From an uncultured Pseudomonadota bacterium (GTDB lineage Bacteria > Pseudomonadota > Alphaproteobacteria > RF32 > CAG-239), in NCBI GenBank assembly GCA_949286215.1, contig CASDYX010000001.1, positions 8,530 through 72,529 of the forward strand: 64,000 nucleotides of DNA, written 5' to 3'. This document shows, piece after piece, positions 51,107 through 60,075 of the stretch; the stretch's first letter is position 1, and every line of letters begins with the position of its first letter. A program made the position numbers and the translations under genes. The notes under the pieces are model-generated. The model saw only the letters and a program-made list of their open reading frames with translations, did not search any database and was not told the origin of the DNA.

Positions 51107-52126
51107 TTACTCTGCGGCGGCTAATTCAAGATTACCTTCTTTCTTCAGGAGGCCTAGTTTATCTTGTACTTCCCAGATTACTTTCAGGGCATCTAAGGCC
51201 ATTTCGCCGGTAATACGCGGAGTTGCTTCTCCTCTGATGCAAGCACCAAAGTGGCTCAACTCAGCTGACAGAGGTTGATTGGTCGGGATGAAGAGTTGTT
51301 CAACACTGCCTTTTAAGCCATAGTGCATCCATTCCGGAATTTCTTCTTGATTAACATAAGGCATACGTCCTTGAGAGTGAACGTTAATGCTTTGATTGAT
51401 GAAGTCCATATCAATATAGTTGGTATCGGTTGTAACAGTGAGCGTACGAACGCGAGCTTGTGTAATGCGGCTGGCGGTTAAGTTGGCTGTAACGCCGTTT
51501 TCAAACTCAATCAAAGCGGTGATGTAGTTCTTACCATCCGGTTGGTCAGATGTTCTGACTGCAGAGGCTTGAACTTTGGCAACAGGTGATTTTACCAAAG
51601 ATTGAACAACTTCAATATCGTGAATCATCAAGTCCATTGATACGTCAACATCGGTAATACGACCTGAAGCGGCAGACATTCTTTGTGCAGTGAGAGAACG
51701 AATCCGGGAACTGTCAGATAAAATTTTGTGCATTTGTTCTACTGCCGGATTGAATTGTTCAATATGACCAACCAAAAGGGTTACGTTGTTTTTCTTGGCA
51801 GCGTCAATCAAAATTTGGCATTCTTCTTCAGAACAAGCCAAAGGTTTTTCCATTAAGCAGTGAATACCGCGGTTTAAGAAAAATTGTCCAACGTTGCAGT
51901 GGGTAACTGATGTGGTAACAACGCTGACGGCATCAACGTTGGCTGCAACTTCTTCCATTGATGAAAATGCTTTAATTCCAAATGTTTCGGCTGCGGCTTT
52001 GGCGGCATCTGAAAAAATATCATAAACGCCGACTAATTCAAAACCCGGTAAACTTTTATATGTTTTAAGGTGGTTTTTACCCATCATTCCGGCACCAATA
52101 ACCGCAACTCTAATGTTCTTTGACAT
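51107..52126 (-). CDS. Gfo/Idh/MocA family oxidoreductase
   Basis: VIGAGMMG, EKP, GHIEQFNPA, DLMIHD. Confidence 0.9.
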   Translation of the reverse strand: MSKNIRVAVIGAGMMGKNHLKTYKSLPGFELVGVYDIFSDAAKAAAETFGIKAFSSMEEVAANVDAVSVVTTSVTHCNVGQFFLNRGIHCLMEKPLACSEEECQILIDAAKKNNVTLLVGHIEQFNPAVEQMHKILSDSSRIRSLTAQRMSAASGRITDVDVSMDLMIHDIEVVQSLVKSPVAKVQASAVRTSDQPDGKNYITALIEFENGVTANLTASRITQARVRTLTVTTDTNYIDMDFINQSINVHSQGRMPYVNQEEIPEWMHYGLKGSVEQLFIPTNQPLSAELSHFGACIRGEATPRITGEMALDALKVIWEVQDKLGLLKKEGNLELAAAE

Positions 52127-52263
52127 GAATTTTTCCTCTAAAGTTAAGTTTATGCATAAATTATTTAGTTTACTAATAACAAATTTCTTGATAAAAAGCT
52201 CTTAAAAAGATGTTACATATTGTTACAATCTTGGTAATAATAGTTGAAATGGCTTTTTGAGAG

Positions 52264-54051
52264 TTGCTGATGATGAAAATAAGTGTGTGGAGCTTGGTCG
52301 GAGTATTAGGAATTGCTTGCTTAAGCGCTTGCTCTTCGGCTCCTGATGCAAATAAATCCGAACCTGTGATTGATAAAGCTGATTTGTCGATTAAGCCTGA
52401 AAAAATTACAGGTAAAACAGATGTCTATGACTCAATGGCCAGAAGTGTTAAATATAACATTAACGTGACTTATCCGGCGTTGAAAGAAAAAGTTTTCTTT
52501 CATCAAGCTGAGAATCCGAGACAAGTTATTAATTCTATTCTTAAAATGAAAGATCCGTCTCAAAATCCGATGTATGATTCTTTGAGAGCTTTGGATTTTT
52601 CAATTGCCTATGCCTTGGCTAATGTGAGTGATGATGAGGCTTTTGTGAGCGAAGGCTTAAAGGCAAAATCTGCTCAATCTTTGGCTCTGGCAGCAATCAA
52701 GGCGCATAAAGATGCTCTCTTGGCCTCTAAAAAAATTAAGGAAATTGACCGCCAAATAAGAAGATTGCAAAGCGATATTAAAATTCTTAACGATAAACAG
52801 GATAGAATCGGTGTGTTGAACTCCGAAGATGAGGCTTATAAAAAAGGCTTGGAAGTTGTTATCTATAAACTCTCTGAAATTAGAAAGAATTTGGAAGAGA
52901 GTTTAATTGTTTATCGTCAGCTCGTTAAAAGTGATGAGAAAAAAATTGATTTGGAAGGGCGGAATTTTTATGAGCTCGATCATTTAGATGCTAAACTTAG
53001 TGTCGAAGATTTTAGAAAAGCTGCTTTCAATAATCGTCTGGAATTTAGAATTCAGAAAGAGTTGAGCAAGAAATATTCTTATGAGCAGGTCAGCCAGATT
53101 TTGCGTAGTGAATATCCGCAAGTGGAACGTTTGGAAATTAACGGTTATGACGCCGAAAAGCCTATGTATATTAAAGAATTGCAACAACGTGCCGATTTTC
53201 AGGCAAACTATTTAGCGGACAAAGTTTGGCAATATAAAAATGCTCCAAATGCTAGCTCTAAAAAGCTCTTAAGACTTCAGGCTTTTGAGGAAATGGCTGC
53301 GGCAATTATGACGCAAAATGAAGTGGCGTATAATATTGTGATGCGGGCAGATATTGATTATGAAGAAATTACAAAGCAAATAGATACATTAAAGAAAAAT
53401 ATCGCTCAAAGTGCTAAAAAAAGAGGGTTAACAAGTACGCAAAAAGTTGATTTGTGGGAACAAAAAATTTCATTGCTGAATATGGAGTTGCAAGCAAGCC
53501 AGATTTTGGCTGAAAAAGCCGTGGCTATTCGAGCAATGTATTTTTATGCCGGTTTTAATCCCTTTAATGCCAAACTTTATGATGGTAAAATTAAAGATAT
53601 CAGCTCCAATTTGAAGGTCGGTTTTAATAAAGACGCAGTGGAAATGCTCTCTAAAGTTCAAATGCCTCAGACGCCTGTTAGGATAGAAGATAATAATTGG
53701 GCCAAAAAAGAAAATTGGTTGGAAGAATTATTAGAAAATCCAAATCCAAAAGCTGAAAAGCCAATTACTCTTGCTCAACCAAAGGGTGATTTTGAGCCTT
53801 ATAGGGGTGAAGAATTTAATAAACGGACAATCATGCAACTAGGGTCTTATCGCTATAAAGAAAACGCCGATTTGGATTGGAAGATGCTTAAAGAACTTTA
53901 TCCTGATTTGAGAAAATACAGTCCTGTTGTTGAGCGGGCAAATGTTCGCGGAAAGCCAATGTATCGCCTGATTATTCAACAAGAAAATGGTGGCTTTATG
54001 GAAATGTGTAATAAGCTCAGAGCTGATAAGGTTGGCTGTTTGTTGCGCTAG
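52264..54051 (+). CDS. Divergent TolC-like lipoprotein with C-terminal SPOR domain (true start probably 52270 or 52273)
   Basis: LSA-C lipobox; YDSMARSVKYN, LDFSIAY and AFNNRLE resemble OEP/TolC family segments; QLGSY...A..W...YRL...C SPOR pattern. Confidence 0.6.
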   Translation: MLMMKISVWSLVGVLGIACLSACSSAPDANKSEPVIDKADLSIKPEKITGKTDVYDSMARSVKYNINVTYPALKEKVFFHQAENPRQVINSILKMKDPSQNPMYDSLRALDFSIAYALANVSDDEAFVSEGLKAKSAQSLALAAIKAHKDALLASKKIKEIDRQIRRLQSDIKILNDKQDRIGVLNSEDEAYKKGLEVVIYKLSEIRKNLEESLIVYRQLVKSDEKKIDLEGRNFYELDHLDAKLSVEDFRKAAFNNRLEFRIQKELSKKYSYEQVSQILRSEYPQVERLEINGYDAEKPMYIKELQQRADFQANYLADKVWQYKNAPNASSKKLLRLQAFEEMAAAIMTQNEVAYNIVMRADIDYEEITKQIDTLKKNIAQSAKKRGLTSTQKVDLWEQKISLLNMELQASQILAEKAVAIRAMYFYAGFNPFNAKLYDGKIKDISSNLKVGFNKDAVEMLSKVQMPQTPVRIEDNNWAKKENWLEELLENPNPKAEKPITLAQPKGDFEPYRGEEFNKRTIMQLGSYRYKENADLDWKMLKELYPDLRKYSPVVERANVRGKPMYRLIIQQENGGFMEMCNKLRADKVGCLLR

Positions 54052-54127
54052 GTAATTTTTGTTTGTAAAAACTTGTGAGATAAGTTAAAATGTTTTTTAG
54101 TCTGTTTTGCGGAGCTTGGTAAAATTA

Positions 54128-55357
54128 ATGACTGAAAAAGACAATATCAATTCGCAGTCTGCTCTTTCTTCAGATAATCACAAAAAGGCTGAAGAACTGC
54201 GTAAAAAAAAGGAAACGTATCTTAGTGGTGAAGAAAATGCCGAATTTTCTTGGCATGCCGTTGCGCAAACAAATACTGAAGCTCCTCATGATTTAGATAA
54301 CTTTATGTCAAACAGAATTGAGTTTGGTGGCAAAAATCTCGAAAACGGAAAATTTGCTCACGAAAATTTTGAAAACGCTAATTTTTCGGTTGCCAACCTC
54401 AAAGGAGTGGATTTTTCGGGGGCTAATCTCAAAGGTGTTGATTTTTCCGGTGCAGATTTAAGTGATGCTAATTTATCGGGTGCAGATTTGACCGGTGCTG
54501 TCTTATCAAATTCTGTCTTAAAAAATACCAATTTTACCGGTGCAATCTTAAACGGGGTTGTACTGACCGATGCTGACCTTGATAATGCTATTTTGCTTGA
54601 TATTCGAATCGATGAAATCGGTTTGGAAGATTTACAGGCTCTGGTGGAGTATTTGGCAAAATATGCTCCGCATAAGTTAAATTTGGCAAAGATGAATTTA
54701 ACTATGCTGAATTTGGCCAAAATCGATTTGAAAAATGTTAATTTGCGTGGTGTTGATTTTACCGGTTGCGATTTTACCGGCGTTAATATTATGGAATTGG
54801 ATTTAAGTGAATGTATCATTACGCCGGCGCAAATTGCTCAAGCCTTGGGACGAGTTCCTAATGCCGAAGAGCTTAAGCGCTTGATGGCTCCAAAGCCCAA
54901 AAATAAAGGAAAACAGCGTGAAGGGTTTGATGTCTCTAGTTTCTTTTTGGATGATGGAAGAGAAGTTGGCGTTTGGGATACCTTGAAAAATAAAGGCATA
55001 TCAACACAAAAATTGGTAGATATGGTTAAAGCCGGACACAAGGTTTATCGACGCGTTGTGAAGCGTCCAGAAGGAAACAAAGAAGCTGAAAAGGTAAAGG
55101 CGGAAAAAGAGAACCAAATTTCATCTTCTACCGAAGAATTGCATCAAGTTTTGGAAGATAATAAAAGAGCTCTCATTGAAAAACACAAACAGGAAGAGCT
55201 TGAAGCCAGACGGCAGAAAAAATTGGAATTAGAAATGGCGTTAGCTCAAAGTAAGGAAGAAGAAAAAGCTCCTGAACCTAAAGAAGTTGAAAAACAAAAC
55301 ATCAATCCGATGGTGGCCGAGCGGATGAGCGCTTTAAAAAATCGTTCCAGGGATTAG
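54128..55357 (+). CDS. Pentapeptide-repeat protein with C-terminal coiled coil (likely start 54128)
   Basis: Runs of ANLKG/VDFSG/ADLSD/ANLSG/ADLTG repeats. Confidence 0.85.
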   Translation: MTEKDNINSQSALSSDNHKKAEELRKKKETYLSGEENAEFSWHAVAQTNTEAPHDLDNFMSNRIEFGGKNLENGKFAHENFENANFSVANLKGVDFSGANLKGVDFSGADLSDANLSGADLTGAVLSNSVLKNTNFTGAILNGVVLTDADLDNAILLDIRIDEIGLEDLQALVEYLAKYAPHKLNLAKMNLTMLNLAKIDLKNVNLRGVDFTGCDFTGVNIMELDLSECIITPAQIAQALGRVPNAEELKRLMAPKPKNKGKQREGFDVSSFFLDDGREVGVWDTLKNKGISTQKLVDMVKAGHKVYRRVVKRPEGNKEAEKVKAEKENQISSSTEELHQVLEDNKRALIEKHKQEELEARRQKKLELEMALAQSKEEEKAPEPKEVEKQNINPMVAERMSALKNRSRD

Positions 55358-55366
55358 GCTTTAATA

Positions 55367-57703
55367 ATGAAAGGAAAACTTTATCTAGAACAAGAAAACG
55401 GGATTGGTAAAACACTTTGCCTCATCTTGTTTGCTTTGTTTTTGGCCCTTGTGTTGCTTGTTTTTTCCGGAATGTTTTTTTTGAGCTTGGCCTATTTTAT
55501 TAAGTTTGGTTTTACGGAACATTCGTTGGATAAGATTTATGGATTTTGGGGGGATTTTTTCTCAAATCCTCTTATTCTTTATAAATCTTATTATAAATAT
55601 TTTGCGAATTTTAAATTCTCGTTAGTTGGTGTTGTGCCCTTGTTCGGGCCTTTGTTGGTTATTGGTGTGACAATTTGGGCTTATTTGAAAACACCTAATT
55701 CTTTTCGTTTGTGGTATCGGCTCAAACAACATTTTGCAAAACCTCAAGATGTGGAAAAAATGCATATTTTAGATGGGTGTTTTGGGGTCTTGGGGCGGTA
55801 TCATAATCAGCTGATAAGGCCAGAAAATCCAATGTCAACCTTTGTGTGGGGCGGTGAAGGTTTAGGAAAAAGCAGTTGCGTTTCTTTGCCGACGGCGTTG
55901 GATTCAGATGAGGCTTGTTTGGCGGTGATGGATAGCAGCGGGGCTTTGGCAAAATATTCCAGCGGTTATCGCTCTAAGTTGGGAGATGTTTTTTACTTTA
56001 ACTGGGCGCTGACCGATGTGCCTGAAAAAGGTGAATATTGGCCAAGGTGGAATCCGGTTTCATCGTTAGAAATGCCGGAAAGAGGCGAAAATAGAGTAAC
56101 TTATATTAAGACTTTGGTGCAATGCTTGTTTCCTGATGAAAAAAGAAATTATTGGGAAGTTAGTTCTCAGACGGCAATGGAGGGGTTGCTTTTGTTCTTT
56201 GCCTCTAAAATAGAACAAGCTATGGCTAATGATTATTTTTTGAGTGAATTGCTGGAAAAAGGAAAAATTGCAAAAGCTGACAGAGAACTTTTGGAAAGCT
56301 ATTATTTGTGTATGAAACCTGATGTGGCAGAGGAAGCGCTTAAAAATCTGCATGACGGAACTTTGAATGTAGATAATTATTTGCCAATCGGAAGCTGGGA
56401 AAATGTGCCCGAACTTTGGAGAGGCAAGGAATTTTGTTTACCGATGTTTGCTGATTGTTTGATGTTGCGCTATTTTGCAATTACTCAAGAAGATCAAGAA
56501 AAAGCGGCTGTCGGCGGGTTTAAAATTATGCTCGGCGAGTTTATTAAAGAAGCGCGCCTGTTTGGTTATGATACAAGAGCCGTGCAAATTATGCAGCAAC
56601 TCTATTATTTGACTCGTCGGCAGAGACGAATTATTTTTACGATGATGCTGTCCCCTTTAATGGTTTTTCGTAAAAGTAATATTAGAGAAAGAACCTCTTT
56701 AAGCGATTTTACATTAGCACAAATGCGAGGTACTCGTCATGATGAACAGTGGCGAGTGACGACGGTTTACAGTGTGGCAGATGCCGTTAAATCATCAGCA
56801 GTTATGAGCCGTTTTTTATTTGATATGCTTATTGCTCATCATACTAAGCACAAGAAAAGCGAAGGGCATTTTCCAATTTGTTTTGTGTTAGACGACTTTG
56901 AGAGACTACCAAAACTTTCAATGTTGACAGAAGGACTAACCAAAGCCAAAAGTGCGCATTTGTCCTTTATGATGTTAACTGATGGATTGCACATGGTGGA
57001 GAAACGCTATGGCGTGGAAGAATTGGAAGATATCATCAGTAATAGCTCAATAAAATTAATGATGGCGGATAATGCCAAAAGAATGAGTGAGCATTTTAAT
57101 AAATTAGCTGTTTTTGGCACAAAATCCGTACAAATTCCGGCGGTGGATGCCGGAGGCTTTTCTTTGGTTAAAAAAGGATTGGCTGATGCAAATTATTATC
57201 GTCGGATTGCAAAAGATTTGATGCATCATCCACGCTCGGTTAAGTTTGATAAAGAGCATTATTTGTTATTAGTGGAAGGTTTTTATCATTTACCGGTGAA
57301 TATTCGTGCCGCTAATTTTTTGCGCGATGATAAACTTAGAAGCAGAGCTGCTTGCAGTGTTGGGTATATGCTTAAGCAAGAAATTGTGGAACAGAGAAAT
57401 TTGCAAGATGTTGAAGTGCCTGATTTGCTCGATGTGGTTAGAAAAAGCGGTATTAATGTTGAAACGGAAGATGATATAGATGCTTATCTGGAAGATAAGT
57501 ATGATGAAGTGGCAGAAGTGTTGGATTCTGATTCAGATATTCAGACCGTGTGGGCAGAAGAAGTTTCTTCTCGGTGGAATTATACAACAGATAAAAATCA
57601 AGAGGATGAAAATTTACGTCAGAAAAATGATGATTGGTGGATGGATGAAGATGCCTTTAAGCTCAAAGAGCAAACCAATATGAATCCCTTTAAAAATAAC
57701 TGA
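55367..57703 (+). CDS. Divergent VirD4/TraG-family type IV coupling protein
   Basis: Two N-terminal TMs, Walker A GGEGLGKS, RWNP, TSLSDF, Walker B FVLDDF, KRYG...IISN. Confidence 0.75.
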   Translation: MKGKLYLEQENGIGKTLCLILFALFLALVLLVFSGMFFLSLAYFIKFGFTEHSLDKIYGFWGDFFSNPLILYKSYYKYFANFKFSLVGVVPLFGPLLVIGVTIWAYLKTPNSFRLWYRLKQHFAKPQDVEKMHILDGCFGVLGRYHNQLIRPENPMSTFVWGGEGLGKSSCVSLPTALDSDEACLAVMDSSGALAKYSSGYRSKLGDVFYFNWALTDVPEKGEYWPRWNPVSSLEMPERGENRVTYIKTLVQCLFPDEKRNYWEVSSQTAMEGLLLFFASKIEQAMANDYFLSELLEKGKIAKADRELLESYYLCMKPDVAEEALKNLHDGTLNVDNYLPIGSWENVPELWRGKEFCLPMFADCLMLRYFAITQEDQEKAAVGGFKIMLGEFIKEARLFGYDTRAVQIMQQLYYLTRRQRRIIFTMMLSPLMVFRKSNIRERTSLSDFTLAQMRGTRHDEQWRVTTVYSVADAVKSSAVMSRFLFDMLIAHHTKHKKSEGHFPICFVLDDFERLPKLSMLTEGLTKAKSAHLSFMMLTDGLHMVEKRYGVEELEDIISNSSIKLMMADNAKRMSEHFNKLAVFGTKSVQIPAVDAGGFSLVKKGLADANYYRRIAKDLMHHPRSVKFDKEHYLLLVEGFYHLPVNIRAANFLRDDKLRSRAACSVGYMLKQEIVEQRNLQDVEVPDLLDVVRKSGINVETEDDIDAYLEDKYDEVAEVLDSDSDIQTVWAEEVSSRWNYTTDKNQEDENLRQKNDDWWMDEDAFKLKEQTNMNPFKNN

Positions 57704-57768
57704 TTTTCAGCTGGAATTTGGCATAAATTCTGCTATTATAAGCAAAAATTCAAACGAATCGATGTGAT

Positions 57769-59088
57769 ATGGAAGAAACGCTTTTTTCAAATAAGGTTAA
57801 GAGACCTTTGGCCGATAGGTTGCGCCCACAAACACTTAACGAAGTTGTGGGACAAGACCATTTGGTCGGTGATGACGCACCTTTGGGACGTATGCTCAAA
57901 AGCGGTAAAATTACATCGTTTATTTTATGGGGGCCTCCGGGGTGCGGGAAAACGACCATCGCTCGTTTGATTGCCGAACATACCAATCTGTATTTTGAAC
58001 AAATTTCGGCCGTGTTTTCGGGTGTGGCCGATTTGAAACGCGTGTTTCAATACGCTCAAGAACGCCGTGCAAATCAGGGCAAAGGGACGCTCTTGTTTGT
58101 GGATGAAATTCACAGATTTAACAAGTCGCAACAAGATGGTTTTTTGCCCTATGTGGAAGACGGAACGGTTATTTTGGTGGGTGCTACAACCGAAAATCCA
58201 TCATTTGAGCTGAATGCCGCTTTGTTGTCGAGATGTCAGGTCTTTGTGTTGAATCGGCTTAATGAAGATAATTTTGAGGAGTTGTTGCAACGAGCCGAAA
58301 GAGAAGTCGGACGGAAGCTTCCGGTGGATGAAGAAGCCAGACAGATTATGAAGTCAACTGCCGATGGTGACGGACGCTATATTTTGAACTTGGCGGAAAG
58401 TGTTTGGGCATACGCCAAAGAGGGCGAAATTTTTGATAAAGATTCAATTTTGAAAGTTATTCGCTCGCGGGCTCCGATTTATGACAAAGGGAGAGATGGG
58501 CATTATAACCTGATTTCGGCCGTGCATAAGTCTTTACGCGGTTCTGATGTTGATGCAGCTCTGTATTGGGCAGCGCGGATGTTGGAGGCCGGAGAAGATC
58601 CAAAATATTTATTGCGCCGCTTAACCCGTTTTGCGGTGGAAGATGTGTCTTTGGCAGAACCTAATGCCGTAACCCAAGCGATTGCTTGTTGGGAAACATA
58701 TGAGCGTTTGGGCTCACCGGAAGGTGATTTGGCAATTATGCAGTTGGTGGCTTATTTGGCAACGGCACCAAAGTCGGTCGGAGTTTATAAAGCCATGCAT
58801 AAAGCGCGCGAATTGGCTCGTAAGACCGGTTCTTTGATGCCTCCGAAAAATATCTTAAATGCGCCGACAAAATTGATGAAACAGCTTGGTTATAATGAAG
58901 GATATGAATATGACCCTGACTGCGAAGACGGCTTTTCTGGAGCTAATTATTTTCCGGACGGAATGAGCAGAGTTAAGCTCTATTTTCCGGTTGATAGAGG
59001 GTTTGAAAGAGAAATTAAAAAACGCGTGGACTATTTTGATAAGTTACGTATTGAAAAACAAGCACGCAAAAAACAACAAGGACAATAG
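57769..59088 (+). CDS. rarA: Replication-associated recombination protein A
   Basis: PLADRLRP, GPPGCGKT, DEIHRFNK, HKSLRGSD. Confidence 0.95.
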   Translation: MEETLFSNKVKRPLADRLRPQTLNEVVGQDHLVGDDAPLGRMLKSGKITSFILWGPPGCGKTTIARLIAEHTNLYFEQISAVFSGVADLKRVFQYAQERRANQGKGTLLFVDEIHRFNKSQQDGFLPYVEDGTVILVGATTENPSFELNAALLSRCQVFVLNRLNEDNFEELLQRAEREVGRKLPVDEEARQIMKSTADGDGRYILNLAESVWAYAKEGEIFDKDSILKVIRSRAPIYDKGRDGHYNLISAVHKSLRGSDVDAALYWAARMLEAGEDPKYLLRRLTRFAVEDVSLAEPNAVTQAIACWETYERLGSPEGDLAIMQLVAYLATAPKSVGVYKAMHKARELARKTGSLMPPKNILNAPTKLMKQLGYNEGYEYDPDCEDGFSGANYFPDGMSRVKLYFPVDRGFEREIKKRVDYFDKLRIEKQARKKQQGQ

Positions 59089-59090
59089 AA

Positions 59091-59450
59091 ATGGTTATTT
59101 TAGGCGTTTTTCTCGGTGGGGGAATCGGGTCAATTTTACGTTGGTTGGTTACATCTAAAATTTCATCACATTGGGGTGTGATGTTGACCAATATTATCGG
59201 GGCTTTGTTGATTGGAATGGCGTCGGAATATTTTTTGAGCAAAACGAATCTGCGTCCAGAGATTAGAAGTTTTATCATTACCGGTTTTTTGGGCGGATTT
59301 ACGACTTTTTCAACCTATATGTTGGATTTTAATAATTTGTTGGTAAGCCAAAAATGGTATGAAGCCGGAGCTTATTTGACTGGCTCAATTGTGGTCGGTT
59401 TCGGATTTTTGGTTATCGGTGCCAAAATGATGCGATTGTTTATTGCTTGA
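59091..59450 (+). CDS. crcB: Fluoride channel Fluc/CrcB
   Basis: GGGIGSILR, TGFLGGFTTFST. Confidence 0.92.
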   Translation: MVILGVFLGGGIGSILRWLVTSKISSHWGVMLTNIIGALLIGMASEYFLSKTNLRPEIRSFIITGFLGGFTTFSTYMLDFNNLLVSQKWYEAGAYLTGSIVVGFGFLVIGAKMMRLFIA

Positions 59451-59507
59451 TTTTTTTGTGTTTTTCTTTTATATGAAAAGTAATTTCATAATATTATTCT
59501 AAATTTA

Positions 59508-59966
59508 TTGCGTATGGAAAAAGATGTTTTAAAAGAAGAAAAGTCTTCTTATTTTGTGAGCCCCATCGGAATGGGACGAAAGGTCTTAACGGCTAGCTTT
59601 GCTTTGAAAAAAGGTGAGCCCCTCGAAGTCAGAGCCTACGGAGATTCTTCTTTTGAAGAAGGAGAAGAGGTCGTTAGCTCTTTGAAAGATTTTGCTTTGG
59701 CCTTAATTAATTCTTCGTCGAAGGATTTGGAGGAATTGGCACGCGTTTTGCGTGATGAGTATGGTATTGAGGCGGTGAAGATTAATAATTGCGGTTGCAG
59801 TTTTGAAATGAAAAGGTTTTTGGAACCGCTGTATAAATTAGAAAGAGTAGAGCTTCCTGTGCTTGAGCCGGTTTTTAAAAGTGCAAAAGAACAGAAGAAA
59901 AATTATTTCGTTCCCAAAAAAATCGGGAAAGAGCGGACCAAGTGTAACTATGGACGCCGGAAATGA
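59508..59966 (+). CDS. Hypothetical protein (likely start 59514)
   Basis: ORF with TTGATT-17-TATATG upstream and a terminator downstream. Confidence 0.6.
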   Translation: MRMEKDVLKEEKSSYFVSPIGMGRKVLTASFALKKGEPLEVRAYGDSSFEEGEEVVSSLKDFALALINSSSKDLEELARVLRDEYGIEAVKINNCGCSFEMKRFLEPLYKLERVELPVLEPVFKSAKEQKKNYFVPKKIGKERTKCNYGRRK

Positions 59967-59977
59967 TTCTTTTTGCA

Positions 59978-60010
59978 AAATCGCTCTGAATTTTTATTCA
60001 GGGCGATTTG
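59978..60010 (+). terminator. Intrinsic terminator
   Basis: aaatcgctctgaat/attcagggcgattt. Confidence 0.7.
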
Positions 60011-60075
60011 TGTTTTAAATTTGTAAATCTTTTAAGTTTATTTTACACTACAAGCAAATTAAAGAGGAAAGAAAA

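Noticed and set aside
54380..54560. 15/30-bp periodic nucleotide repeats
   Set aside because: Fully explained by the pentapeptide-repeat coding sequence.
55367..57703. Integrative conjugative element around the virD4-like gene
   Set aside because: No integrase, relaxase, virB genes, tRNA target or att repeats; both flanks are housekeeping genes.
59050..59091. Fluoride riboswitch upstream of crcB
   Set aside because: crcB starts 2 bp after the rarA stop, leaving no leader, and I saw no motif.
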